Of a stretch of DNA of 20,000 nucleotides, positions 9,633 through 17,876 are shown one piece after another; position 1 is the first letter of the stretch, and every line of letters begins with the position of its first letter. Origin of the DNA: an uncultured virus (IMG/VR IMGVR_UViG_3300050026_000393) (lineage: Duplodnaviria; Heunggongvirae; Uroviricota; Caudoviricetes); IMG/VR virus record IMGVR_UViG_3300050026_000393; one strand, written 5' to 3'. The notes beneath the pieces are model-generated. The model had not been told where the DNA came from and did no database searches. It worked only from the letters and a program-made list of their open reading frames with translations. The position numbers were made by a program, and so were the translations under genes.

Positions 9633-12207
9633 TTTTCTTGTGCTATTTTTTGCTGCAATTTTAATGTCGGCACAAACTAAGATTAATCCAAATACCCAGA
9701 TAGACTGGTCTGAATGGACAGGATTAAACCTAGAGACTATAACTTCTGAGAACATTGACGGTTCTTTTTATGTCACGGGGGCGCCGTCAAGTTGCACTGT
9801 CAGTTCTGTTGGGTATACAACCCAAGCGGACTGTGCTTTTTATTCTGCAATTGCTACTGCAATATCCACAGGATTCAGTCAAAAAGTAATACTCCCCTGC
9901 GGAATAAGTCTTACAAATGTAGGATGGGTGATGCCTGACATTTCTATGACATTTAGTACCCCCGCGATAGAAATTGAGGGGTGTGGAGCAGGAGATAGCG
10001 CCCCAACTATTTTACGAGCTAATACCTCCATAACCTCTGTACTTTCAACAACAGGGATAGCCTACAAGTCCCTAACTATCAAAGGGGTGCAATTCGACGG
10101 GAATGGTCTTACTACAGGTCCTGTTGTCAATCTTTCATATCTTTACTCTAGTAAAATAGGTCCTATTGATGTACGAGGTCCAAATCTATCCGCCGCACAA
10201 CGTGGTTGGAACACGTCTATTGCAAGTATAACTAATAGTTATGAAGTAAGTGTGGATAAGATAAAAGTTGCGGCCCCGAAGACTGCTTCTGTTGATGCGG
10301 TAATTACGGTCGTAGTATCTGGTGGGGTCCCTGCACTTACAAAAGTGAGTGGGGGATCAGGTTACCAAAATGGGACAACTGTGCCTATTATTCTTCGAGG
10401 ACAAGCGGTGTCTGGTGGATACCCTTGTATGGATCCCGGTTCCTATAATGGAATCGTCGTAAGTGGCGTAATAACCTCCATAACTACAGTAAGAGCAGCA
10501 AGTAATTGCTCGGCAACTCTTGTTGCCGTAGCAATGGATATCCCTCCCCAACAGTTTGGACTTTATTTAGCAGGAGTCACCGACAGCACAATTAACGACG
10601 AGGTTACACAAGGGGTTGGCGGATATACATATACTGGTGCTAATATTACACAATGCACTATAGACGGTTCCGGAAATGCTACTTTAACTATCAATACAAT
10701 TGTAGGATCTCCAATTCAGAACGGGTTGTATATGCGACCTAGCGGTCTTTCAACTTGTACTGCTTTAAATAATGTAGCATGGCCAGTTGCCAGCTACACA
10801 GGAAGTCAAGTAGTACTAACAACGACAGCAGGCGCACAAGCACTTGTGTCGGATGCGGGAGTAATTGCTGCATTTGATTATGGTGCAGGAACCTATGTTA
10901 ATAACGGAACTGTAGTTTTTAATCATTCCCATCCTTATTACTCAATTGTAGGAATAAAGGCTGGAGATGGTGTTTTTGAAGATCTTGAATGCGACTCAAA
11001 TCTCGCGTGGTGTATGCACTTAACTGGTCCAGTTACAATTAACAGTGCTCTGCTCTACTATAATATGGGACTTACATATAGTCTTAACTATTCGGGAGAT
11101 TGGCTTATTGACGGTTCGTATAACAATGCTACATTTATTAGCGGTAAATGTGTAAATTATCAGAATGCAGGAAATTATATTCAATTCAACTATGGTACAG
11201 GCGATTTGGGAGTGAACCCTTCCGCGCTCGTGTCCCCAAATCAAATAAACGTTTCATCTACGTTCCCAAGGTGCAACGGGGGAACTCCTTCTTTTTTCAG
11301 CATCGGAGCAGATAATACCAGTCTTACTCAGTGGGGGTTCCAAAGAGATCCCTCGGGACGTTGGGCCAATACCGGTTATAGCAGAAGCACCGCAACAAGC
11401 AGTACAAGTCCACAAGCGCCTCCAATTATGTTTCAAGGAAGATATTGGAATGGGACAAACGAAGGTCCAGATGAATGGGAACTTTACCCAAATATTTCTG
11501 GCGGAACTAACGGGCAATCACAGTTACAAATTAGACATTATGGAAGTTACAGTGCTTATACTGGAGTTTATATAGGTGGTATAGGAACTGGTGGAACCAA
11601 TCAGACCCCGGCATCTTTGGTTGTGACGGGTGAAGTCCGTGCGGCATATACTACGGATCCCATCACCACTGTTAGTGGATCCTTAGTAGATTCTTATGCT
11701 TCATTTATGGATTCCGGGCCTCTAAAGAGAGCTGTCTCTGGAGGTTTTACGACTTTACTCACTACTAATTATGGAGGATCCGTTACAAACCCCGATGTAC
11801 AACTAGATTTTACCTGTACATCACCGGGGACGACACACTCATGTGAACTTCAGACTCCACTAATTAGTGCAGCTTTTGTTGGAACTGATTCTAGAGGATC
11901 TCTGATTTCGGTTACTGGCGCGACTAATATTTCTAATATCCAAATTACAACAGGAACAACAACAATTTCAGCTAACACCTGTACATCAGATACCGCAACT
12001 ACAATGACAGGATTATTGGCAACATCAGCTATTGTATCACCAACACCTACTACCAGTACAAAATCTGTTACAGGTTGGGGTGCTGTTGGTGGACTTAGTT
12101 TTGTGTATTTTGCTGGTGCGAATACATTCACATGGAATGTGTGCAACTCAACATTTGCAGCTATAACTCCCGGAGCAGCAGTCACTTGGAATATAGGAGC
12201 ACGATAG
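9613..12207 (+). CDS. Signal-peptide-bearing tailspike-like protein, probable pectin-lyase-like beta-helix (depolymerase/adhesin)
   Basis: N-terminus MRYISSSFLVLFFAAILMSA|QTK. Beta-helix entry pattern (AIATA...KVILPCG...IEIEGCG...TILRA...LTIKGVQFDGNG). 16 Cys in the mature chain. Confidence 0.7.
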   Translation: MRYISSSFLVLFFAAILMSAQTKINPNTQIDWSEWTGLNLETITSENIDGSFYVTGAPSSCTVSSVGYTTQADCAFYSAIATAISTGFSQKVILPCGISLTNVGWVMPDISMTFSTPAIEIEGCGAGDSAPTILRANTSITSVLSTTGIAYKSLTIKGVQFDGNGLTTGPVVNLSYLYSSKIGPIDVRGPNLSAAQRGWNTSIASITNSYEVSVDKIKVAAPKTASVDAVITVVVSGGVPALTKVSGGSGYQNGTTVPIILRGQAVSGGYPCMDPGSYNGIVVSGVITSITTVRAASNCSATLVAVAMDIPPQQFGLYLAGVTDSTINDEVTQGVGGYTYTGANITQCTIDGSGNATLTINTIVGSPIQNGLYMRPSGLSTCTALNNVAWPVASYTGSQVVLTTTAGAQALVSDAGVIAAFDYGAGTYVNNGTVVFNHSHPYYSIVGIKAGDGVFEDLECDSNLAWCMHLTGPVTINSALLYYNMGLTYSLNYSGDWLIDGSYNNATFISGKCVNYQNAGNYIQFNYGTGDLGVNPSALVSPNQINVSSTFPRCNGGTPSFFSIGADNTSLTQWGFQRDPSGRWANTGYSRSTATSSTSPQAPPIMFQGRYWNGTNEGPDEWELYPNISGGTNGQSQLQIRHYGSYSAYTGVYIGGIGTGGTNQTPASLVVTGEVRAAYTTDPITTVSGSLVDSYASFMDSGPLKRAVSGGFTTLLTTNYGGSVTNPDVQLDFTCTSPGTTHSCELQTPLISAAFVGTDSRGSLISVTGATNISNIQITTGTTTISANTCTSDTATTMTGLLATSAIVSPTPTTSTKSVTGWGAVGGLSFVYFAGANTFTWNVCNSTFAAITPGAAVTWNIGAR

Positions 12208-12962
12208 TGAAATTTCTTATAATAACGATTCTTTGCCTCTGTCTTCCAGCCTGCGGACAATATACGAGTTATGCTCATTCTAACTCGGCGACGGTAATAA
12301 ATGCTATAAACAATGGCCAAGCCTCAACGGCTAACTGGGGTAGTTGTGTTACTTCTGCTTGTGCTGGAGGATCTGGAAACGGAACGGGCCCAACACAGAA
12401 TACAGGAATAACCTCTCCAAGTGTTAGTGGTTCTGCAATGTCGCTAACCTTCACATCTCCAGCGGCAGGAAATAATGCTCTATTTTATTGGAAACCAGGA
12501 ACAGCAGATACAAGCACATGGGTTCGTTTTGATACATATGTATACCTTCCGACGGGAGTTGCTAACTATGAATTTGATTCATTCATAATAACACCTACCT
12601 TGGACGGAATGTTTGGAAAACAGTGTAATACTGTATCAGGATTTTGGCAGTATGCCAATCAGACGAGTGCTTGGTTTAATGGACCAATACCCTGTTCGTT
12701 AACTACAGGAGTATGGCATCACTTAATATTTTCTGATTCATGGAATCCAGCAGACATAAGTTGTGGAGGATACCCTTCAGAAAAGTTTGGTTCCATAACT
12801 ATTGATGGTGTAGTGTATTCGTGGGGATCTACTTCTATATGTGCTACACCGATTCCTATAGGATGGTCACACACTTATGGGTGCCAGTTTCAAATGGATA
12901 GTAATAGTTCAGCAACTTTGACAGAGTATGTTGACTCCGTAAATTGTTGGACGGGCGAATAA
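12207..12962 (+). CDS. Secreted ConA/LamG-like beta-sandwich (lectin-like) protein (251 aa)
   Basis: The start is better placed at GTG 12207 (TAGTG overlap, GGAG at 12196-12199), giving the signal peptide MKFLIITILCLCLPACG|Q. Trp/Cys-rich beta pattern (YEFD, MFGKQC, WHHL, ITIDG, FQMD, YVDSV). Confidence 0.65.
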   Translation: MKFLIITILCLCLPACGQYTSYAHSNSATVINAINNGQASTANWGSCVTSACAGGSGNGTGPTQNTGITSPSVSGSAMSLTFTSPAAGNNALFYWKPGTADTSTWVRFDTYVYLPTGVANYEFDSFIITPTLDGMFGKQCNTVSGFWQYANQTSAWFNGPIPCSLTTGVWHHLIFSDSWNPADISCGGYPSEKFGSITIDGVVYSWGSTSICATPIPIGWSHTYGCQFQMDSNSSATLTEYVDSVNCWTGE

Positions 12963-12985
12963 ATAAGATCTTTAAAACAGATTTT

Positions 12986-13001
12986 CTATACTAGTTATAG
13001 T
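12986..13001 (+). promoter_or_regulatory. Repeated 16-bp near-palindrome CTATACTAGTTATAGT, copy 1 (putative promoter/operator)
   Basis: Exact copy at 14183-14198. Intergenic, contains the -10-like hexamer TATACT, and directly precedes the GTG at 13002. Confidence 0.6.
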
Positions 13002-13385
13002 GTGGGAAAATTTATATCTAAACTTGTAAAGGCTCGGGCAAGAAGAAAAAGACCAGTTTCTGGCCTAGAAAAACAAGTTTATGCCTTATTAGATTCGATA
13101 AAAATAAAGTACAAAAAAGAATATAAGATAAGTAGACTACACGTAGATATATTAATAGAACCTAATTTAGTCATAGAATGTCAAGGGTGTTATTTTCACA
13201 AACATGAATGCCTAAAACCAAAAGGAGGCTGGAAAGCCTCCGATTTGGTTGTTCAAGATAAGGACTCCAAAAGATTTGCCTTTCTTACTTCTCAAGGATA
13301 TATTGTAAAAGAGATATGGGAATGTGAAATGAAAGAACCTGAGAAGGTAATAAGAAAAGTAAAATCTTGGGTTAAAGGAACATAA
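13002..13385 (+). CDS. DUF559/Vsr-like PD-(D/E)XK endonuclease
   Basis: S.LEK.V...L...I.Y..EY.I....VD......LVIECQGCYFH...D..R...L...GY.V..IWECE is the Vsr/DUF559 pattern. Basic N-terminus. GTG start with no Shine-Dalgarno. Confidence 0.85.
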   Translation: MGKFISKLVKARARRKRPVSGLEKQVYALLDSIKIKYKKEYKISRLHVDILIEPNLVIECQGCYFHKHECLKPKGGWKASDLVVQDKDSKRFAFLTSQGYIVKEIWECEMKEPEKVIRKVKSWVKGT

Positions 13386-13924
13386 TGCTAAATCCTGTGG
13401 AAATAGTTGAAGACCTGCTTAATTTCACACACAAATCCTTTGCCCAAAAAGGTAAATTCCCTAAGGCTGGGGTATTAAGAGGAAACTCTAAACTCGGTGC
13501 AAAATATGCTGCTACTCAATTAGGATGGGAAGAGGGTATAAAACCTGCTCTTAAATTGGGACTTCCGTTTGCTGCTTATGCACTGGCAAAATCTTCTAAA
13601 GGTAATTTTGTTTCAACTGCTGCTTCTCAAACAGGTCAAATAGCCGGCGGTTATTTTGGAGGAGCCGTTGGTAGTCTTCTTGGAGGAGTTCCTGGAATAC
13701 TAGTAGGAAATCTTATAGGAGCAACAGTAGGAGATGAGGCAGGACAGTTGATTAATCCTATTATGGACGTAGGAAAAAGAATAAACCATTCTAACTTTGG
13801 TGGAAACTATAGAGATTCAGAGCAAGCTTATACTTATAGACAAAAAGCCAGCCAATCAATGAACTCTTCTCTATTAAATTGTAGACAATTTCTTGGAAAA
13901 GAAGCATTACTGTTACATACTTAA
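13385..13924 (+). CDS. Glycine-zipper protein (179 aa), possible virion or membrane-active protein
   Basis: TAATG overlap with AAGGA Shine-Dalgarno. GxxxG tract GQIAGGYFGGAVGSLLGGVPGILVGNLIGATVG and a helical C-terminus AYTYRQKASQSM...LGKEALLLH. Confidence 0.65.
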   Translation: MLNPVEIVEDLLNFTHKSFAQKGKFPKAGVLRGNSKLGAKYAATQLGWEEGIKPALKLGLPFAAYALAKSSKGNFVSTAASQTGQIAGGYFGGAVGSLLGGVPGILVGNLIGATVGDEAGQLINPIMDVGKRINHSNFGGNYRDSEQAYTYRQKASQSMNSSLLNCRQFLGKEALLLHT

Positions 13925-13931
13925 GGAAAAT

Positions 13932-14147
13932 ATGTCAGTTTACACACTTGAACAGCTCTCAGGAATGATGGACGCTCTAACTACTAGAGTAAATAACATT
14001 GATGGTCAAAATTTAACGCTGCCTGCACAAGGGAGTATTGCTATTAATACTGCAAAAGTAAATGGTTTAAACACTTCTGTTAAAAACCTGGTCTCAAATT
14101 TTCAAGGACAAATCTTAAAATTAAGTCAATTAATAAACAACCGATAA
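13932..14147 (+). CDS. Small coiled-coil hypothetical protein (71 aa)
   Basis: ATG at 13932 has AAGGA at 13923-13927 and is preferred to TTG at 13893. Amphipathic helices, no transmembrane segment. Confidence 0.65.
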   Translation: MSVYTLEQLSGMMDALTTRVNNIDGQNLTLPAQGSIAINTAKVNGLNTSVKNLVSNFQGQILKLSQLINNR

Positions 14148-14178
14148 TCTTGAAACTATAAAACAGAAAAAACCAACA

Positions 14179-14201
14179 TCTACTATACTAGTTATAGTAG
14201 A
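14179..14201 (+). promoter_or_regulatory. Inverted repeat TCTACTATA-ctagt-TATAGTAGA containing copy 2 of the 16-bp motif
   Basis: Perfect 9-bp arms (14179-14187 and 14193-14201) with a 5-nt spacer, ending 28 nt before the lysozyme ATG. Confidence 0.6.
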
Positions 14202-14229
14202 GATAACTTCCATATTAAGGAAACAACAA

Positions 14230-14667
14230 ATGACTTATTCTATAAACTGTGTTAATCTCGTTAAAACCTCGGAAGGACGAAGACTTAAAGTCTATACGGA
14301 TTTAACAGGCAACCCCACAATCGGATTTGGCCATAAATTAACTTCTGAAGAAAGAGGTTTACTTTTAGAAGTTGATGAGCAGAAAGCAACTACTCTACTA
14401 GAAAAAGATCTAACGACAACATGTAACTCGGTTAATTCCCTTGTAAGGGTTGCAATAACACAAGGACAATTAGATGCTCTTGTCTCGTTTACTTTTAATC
14501 TGGGCGCGGGCCGATTAAAAGAATCAACATTGTTAAAATATCTTAATAATAAAGAGTATGATAATGCAGGAAAACAAATACTAGTCTGGAATAGAGCTAA
14601 TGGAATAGTAGTTAAAGGTCTAGATACTAGAAGAAAAGCCGAATTTGAGTTGTGGAATAAAAAATAA
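14230..14667 (+). CDS. Phage lysozyme/endolysin, GH24 muramidase
   Basis: Catalytic E15-x8-D24-x5-T30 (EGRRLKVYTDLTGNPTIGFGH), plus QGQLDALVSFTFNLG and GL..RRKAE..L. TAAGGA Shine-Dalgarno. No SAR or signal segment. Confidence 0.95.
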   Translation: MTYSINCVNLVKTSEGRRLKVYTDLTGNPTIGFGHKLTSEERGLLLEVDEQKATTLLEKDLTTTCNSVNSLVRVAITQGQLDALVSFTFNLGAGRLKESTLLKYLNNKEYDNAGKQILVWNRANGIVVKGLDTRRKAEFELWNKK

Positions 14668-14715
14668 AAAGTATACTGACATAAGAGATAAACAACAAAT
14701 AAGGATAAGAGTAAA

Positions 14716-17700
14716 ATGAGAAAATTGTTTTTAGTTCTGTTATTTTTAATAACAAGTCTAAGTCTTGGAGCGCAGTCTGTTACTATTACAGATACTCCCT
14801 TAAATACCAATGGAGCCATAGTTCCTGGAGGTGTACTAGACTTTGCATTAGTAAATTGCTCTCAGGCAAATAACACTCTTTTTACAAAAGATGTTATTTT
14901 AAATGCTAGTGGAGCTTTTTCGGTAATTCTACCAGAAACAGTTTCGCCTATCAGTTACCAAAAAACTAGTACCACATGTACAAGCACCCCTTATTATCAA
15001 GTAACCTTTAGAAATCCTCCAGAAACTTCTGTAAGTTTAACTTCCGGTAGTTTTATTTGGACCAAAGCTTATTCCTTTAATGGGACAACGGGGAGTTTGC
15101 AAACTCCACTGTCTGTCCTTCCAACAGGAACTGGAATCCCGGAGATAAGTAAAACCCAGACAACTGTGGTAGGTCCTATTAGTACTACGCATTTAGATGT
15201 CCCTGTATTTACAGGAACAAACGGCCAGATTATAGATAGTGGTTTTCTTATAAGCAGTTTCCAACCAACCCTAACTCTGACGACTGTAGGAACTAGTGGT
15301 GCCGCTACCTTAACAGGAGCTACCTTAAATGTACCTACTCCAAGTGGTTCCGGAAGTTCTAGTCTATCCGGTATGACAGCGACACAGATTCCTGTAGCAG
15401 CGACAGCAACCACAGTTACCAGCAGTACGTCTGATCCAACGCTAACTGGCGTGAACGGAACGGCTATTTATCCGTGGAGCTGGTATGTTGCCTATGGCGA
15501 TTCAATCACATTTGAATTCGATGGTCCCGCCAATCCGTCTAACGGATACGCTTATCTGATTGGAGAAACACTAGGGGTTCCTGTTCAGAACCATGGTCAT
15601 AACTCCAGACAGACGGGCGATCTAGAAGCAGAGATTTACTCCATTGGCTGTCCATCGGGAAGTTTATGCAGTAGCGCACTCGGCACCAATGATGTTACCT
15701 TTTGGGCGAACAATTCCAATAGCATTGCGAACTACACTGACGAGAAAATGGCAGAACTGGCGTACTTAGCCATTCCGGCAACAGCCAAACAGACCGCTCA
15801 GGGTGGAGCGCAAGGAAGTGCCAGCACCTGCACCTACACTGGGACTTGGAACACCACTACACTGTCTGGTTGGACCAACTTCAGTAACGCTGCTACAGCA
15901 ACAAACACGGTAGAGAAACGTGCATCGTCTAACGGTGCAACTGTAACTTGCACCGTGACCGGGACGACAATCTATATTGGCAACACAATGCAGGACGGTG
16001 ACACCGCTACGGCAAGTTACACTGTTGACGGGGGCAGCTCGGTCAGCATTCCTTCAGTTGGGACAGGTGGAGCGACGATCGCAACCGACCCATCAGGTAT
16101 CTTCTACGGCCCCCATCTCACAAGGATTACAGGTTTATCGAACACCTCTCACACGGTAGTCATCACCGTGGCAACTTCATCCACTTCAAACTATTTCAAC
16201 TTTGACTGGATTGCAGGTATCAGCGGTCTACCAGCCAATGCCCCGACTATCCTTTATGCTACGCCACTGGCGACCAATCCTCTGTTTGGCCAGCTTGCAA
16301 CGGTAACCATTCACTCAGGTGCGGCGGGAACAGGGTACACTGTGGGAGATGTGATTACCTACGGTGCTGGCGTTGGGGGTAACACCACTGTAGCAACTGT
16401 TTCATCAGGGGTTCCTACATCGTTATCTCTTAACATAGAAGGCACCGCTTACGCAATCGCCGGAGGGACAAACATAGCAACTTCGGGTGGAACAGGAACA
16501 GGACTCAAGGTGGATTACACTGTCTCTGACCATACTGGACTCTACAACGCAGCAGACGCGTCAGTGGCGGCAACTCTCAATGGCGACGGCCTGACAAACA
16601 TCATTCCTGTACTTCAATACAACGCACTGACGACAACCTACGCAAACACGGTGGTTACACCCTCAACCTTACCTACAGGGTACACGGCATCGGGGATGTA
16701 TTTCGACAGTGTGCATCCTAATGATTTTGGTTACTGGCTTGAAGCTCACTACTGGCTGGACACGTTAGCTACAGCAAATGGTCTGAAATACCCGGCTCTG
16801 CCATCATGGCTTGGACCCCGACTATTCAACAACATCTCTGTTGATATAGGAAGTCTCGCTGTAGGATCACAGACCTGCACCAGTATCACAACTGGAACTC
16901 AGAATGTGTGTCTGGGCGAACTCGTTGGGACTGCTATGACAACCGGCTCTGGAAATGTTTTCGCTGGTTACAAAACAGCAGCAACAGGCACCACTGGATA
17001 TACAAATACAGTGGGTGTGGGAGAACTTGTATTTAACGCAAATACGGGGGCACTGGTAGGTAATGTTGCGGTAGGTGCTCAGACTCAGCAAAAGGCAAAG
17101 GGACCGGGAAGTGCCTCTGTTGGCTATTTCAGCATGAATAGTGACCAGAGCACTCTTGGTTATAATTCGTCATTGGGTGCCTTTTCCATGTACTGCCCAA
17201 CAGGTGCCACCGGTTCTTACAATACTGCTATAGGTTCGTACAGTATGTGCGGATTAAACGTATCAGCCACTCTAAGTGGTGACCACAATACAGCAAATGG
17301 CTACGCCGCAGGTGGATACAATGGATCTGGCGCGGGTAATGTGTTCATAGGCTCTCTGAGCGGGGTGACGGCAACAGCAGCCAACGCAAACGTTACTGGC
17401 TCGAATAACACTTGGGTAGGAAGCGGAACAGGGCCATCATCTACCACGCAGGTATCAAACACAATAGCAATCGGTAGCGGAGCTACAGTAGCAGCGAGTA
17501 ATACCGGAACTATTGGAGTTTCAGCATCTACTCAGTTAACACTCTTCGGGATTATCTCACCCGGTGTAGTCTACAGCCATGCAGGTACACAGCTAGCAGC
17601 GTGTGGAGCTACGACTCTTGGGTGGGCAATGGTAAGTGATGCTTCCAGTCTGACTCCTGGGACGGCATACTCAGTAACAGCGGGTGCGGGATCTATTACA

Positions 17701-17754
17701 GTAACCGTACAATGCACATTAACGGGCGGCACCTACGCATGGCAAACGATGTAA
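14716..17754 (+). CDS. Signal-peptide-bearing fibre-like protein with SGNH/GDSL esterase domain and C-terminal YadA-head-like beta-roll repeats (1012 aa)
   Basis: MRKLFLVLLFLITSLSLGA|QS. Fibre-stalk motifs (VGP.S...VPVFTGTNGQIIDSG; QPTLTLTTVGTSGAATL.G.TLNVP). SGNH blocks GDS (15496), NHG, GTND (15682) and DSVH (16705). N-[TVS]-x-[IVL]-G repeats at about 16900-17480. Confidence 0.8.
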   Translation: MRKLFLVLLFLITSLSLGAQSVTITDTPLNTNGAIVPGGVLDFALVNCSQANNTLFTKDVILNASGAFSVILPETVSPISYQKTSTTCTSTPYYQVTFRNPPETSVSLTSGSFIWTKAYSFNGTTGSLQTPLSVLPTGTGIPEISKTQTTVVGPISTTHLDVPVFTGTNGQIIDSGFLISSFQPTLTLTTVGTSGAATLTGATLNVPTPSGSGSSSLSGMTATQIPVAATATTVTSSTSDPTLTGVNGTAIYPWSWYVAYGDSITFEFDGPANPSNGYAYLIGETLGVPVQNHGHNSRQTGDLEAEIYSIGCPSGSLCSSALGTNDVTFWANNSNSIANYTDEKMAELAYLAIPATAKQTAQGGAQGSASTCTYTGTWNTTTLSGWTNFSNAATATNTVEKRASSNGATVTCTVTGTTIYIGNTMQDGDTATASYTVDGGSSVSIPSVGTGGATIATDPSGIFYGPHLTRITGLSNTSHTVVITVATSSTSNYFNFDWIAGISGLPANAPTILYATPLATNPLFGQLATVTIHSGAAGTGYTVGDVITYGAGVGGNTTVATVSSGVPTSLSLNIEGTAYAIAGGTNIATSGGTGTGLKVDYTVSDHTGLYNAADASVAATLNGDGLTNIIPVLQYNALTTTYANTVVTPSTLPTGYTASGMYFDSVHPNDFGYWLEAHYWLDTLATANGLKYPALPSWLGPRLFNNISVDIGSLAVGSQTCTSITTGTQNVCLGELVGTAMTTGSGNVFAGYKTAATGTTGYTNTVGVGELVFNANTGALVGNVAVGAQTQQKAKGPGSASVGYFSMNSDQSTLGYNSSLGAFSMYCPTGATGSYNTAIGSYSMCGLNVSATLSGDHNTANGYAAGGYNGSGAGNVFIGSLSGVTATAANANVTGSNNTWVGSGTGPSSTTQVSNTIAIGSGATVAASNTGTIGVSASTQLTLFGIISPGVVYSHAGTQLAACGATTLGWAMVSDASSLTPGTAYSVTAGAGSITVTVQCTLTGGTYAWQTM

Positions 17755-17800
17755 ATGAGCGAACGACAGACTCCACACCATCGTGTATATAGAACATTAA

Positions 17801-17839
17801 GACATAAGATCCATTTCAATGGATCTTATGTTTTTATTT
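17801..17839 (+). terminator. Putative intrinsic terminator hairpin
   Basis: ACATAAGATCCAT (17802-17814) pairs with ATGGATCTTATGT (17819-17831), a perfect 13-bp stem with a TTCA loop, followed by TTTTATTT. The stem is AT-rich. Confidence 0.65.
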
Positions 17840-17876
17840 AAACAATAAAGAACCAAAGGAGTTAAGAGAGAAAGTA

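Noticed and set aside
12132..12206. Track start ATG at 12132 (likewise 1300 and 13893)
   Set aside because: Long overlaps with upstream genes. The downstream starts at 12207, 1324 and 13932 have better ribosome-binding sites or coupling, and 12207 exposes a signal peptide.
14292..14819. 175-aa minus-strand ORF
   Set aside because: Antisense shadow of the clear lysozyme and the fibre-gene start; no recognisable motif.
603..17091. Other short antisense or alternate-frame ORFs (603, 3362, 4706, 10357, 11020, 11254, 11850, 15069, 15977, 16867)
   Set aside because: They overlap well-supported + strand genes and show no recognisable motifs.
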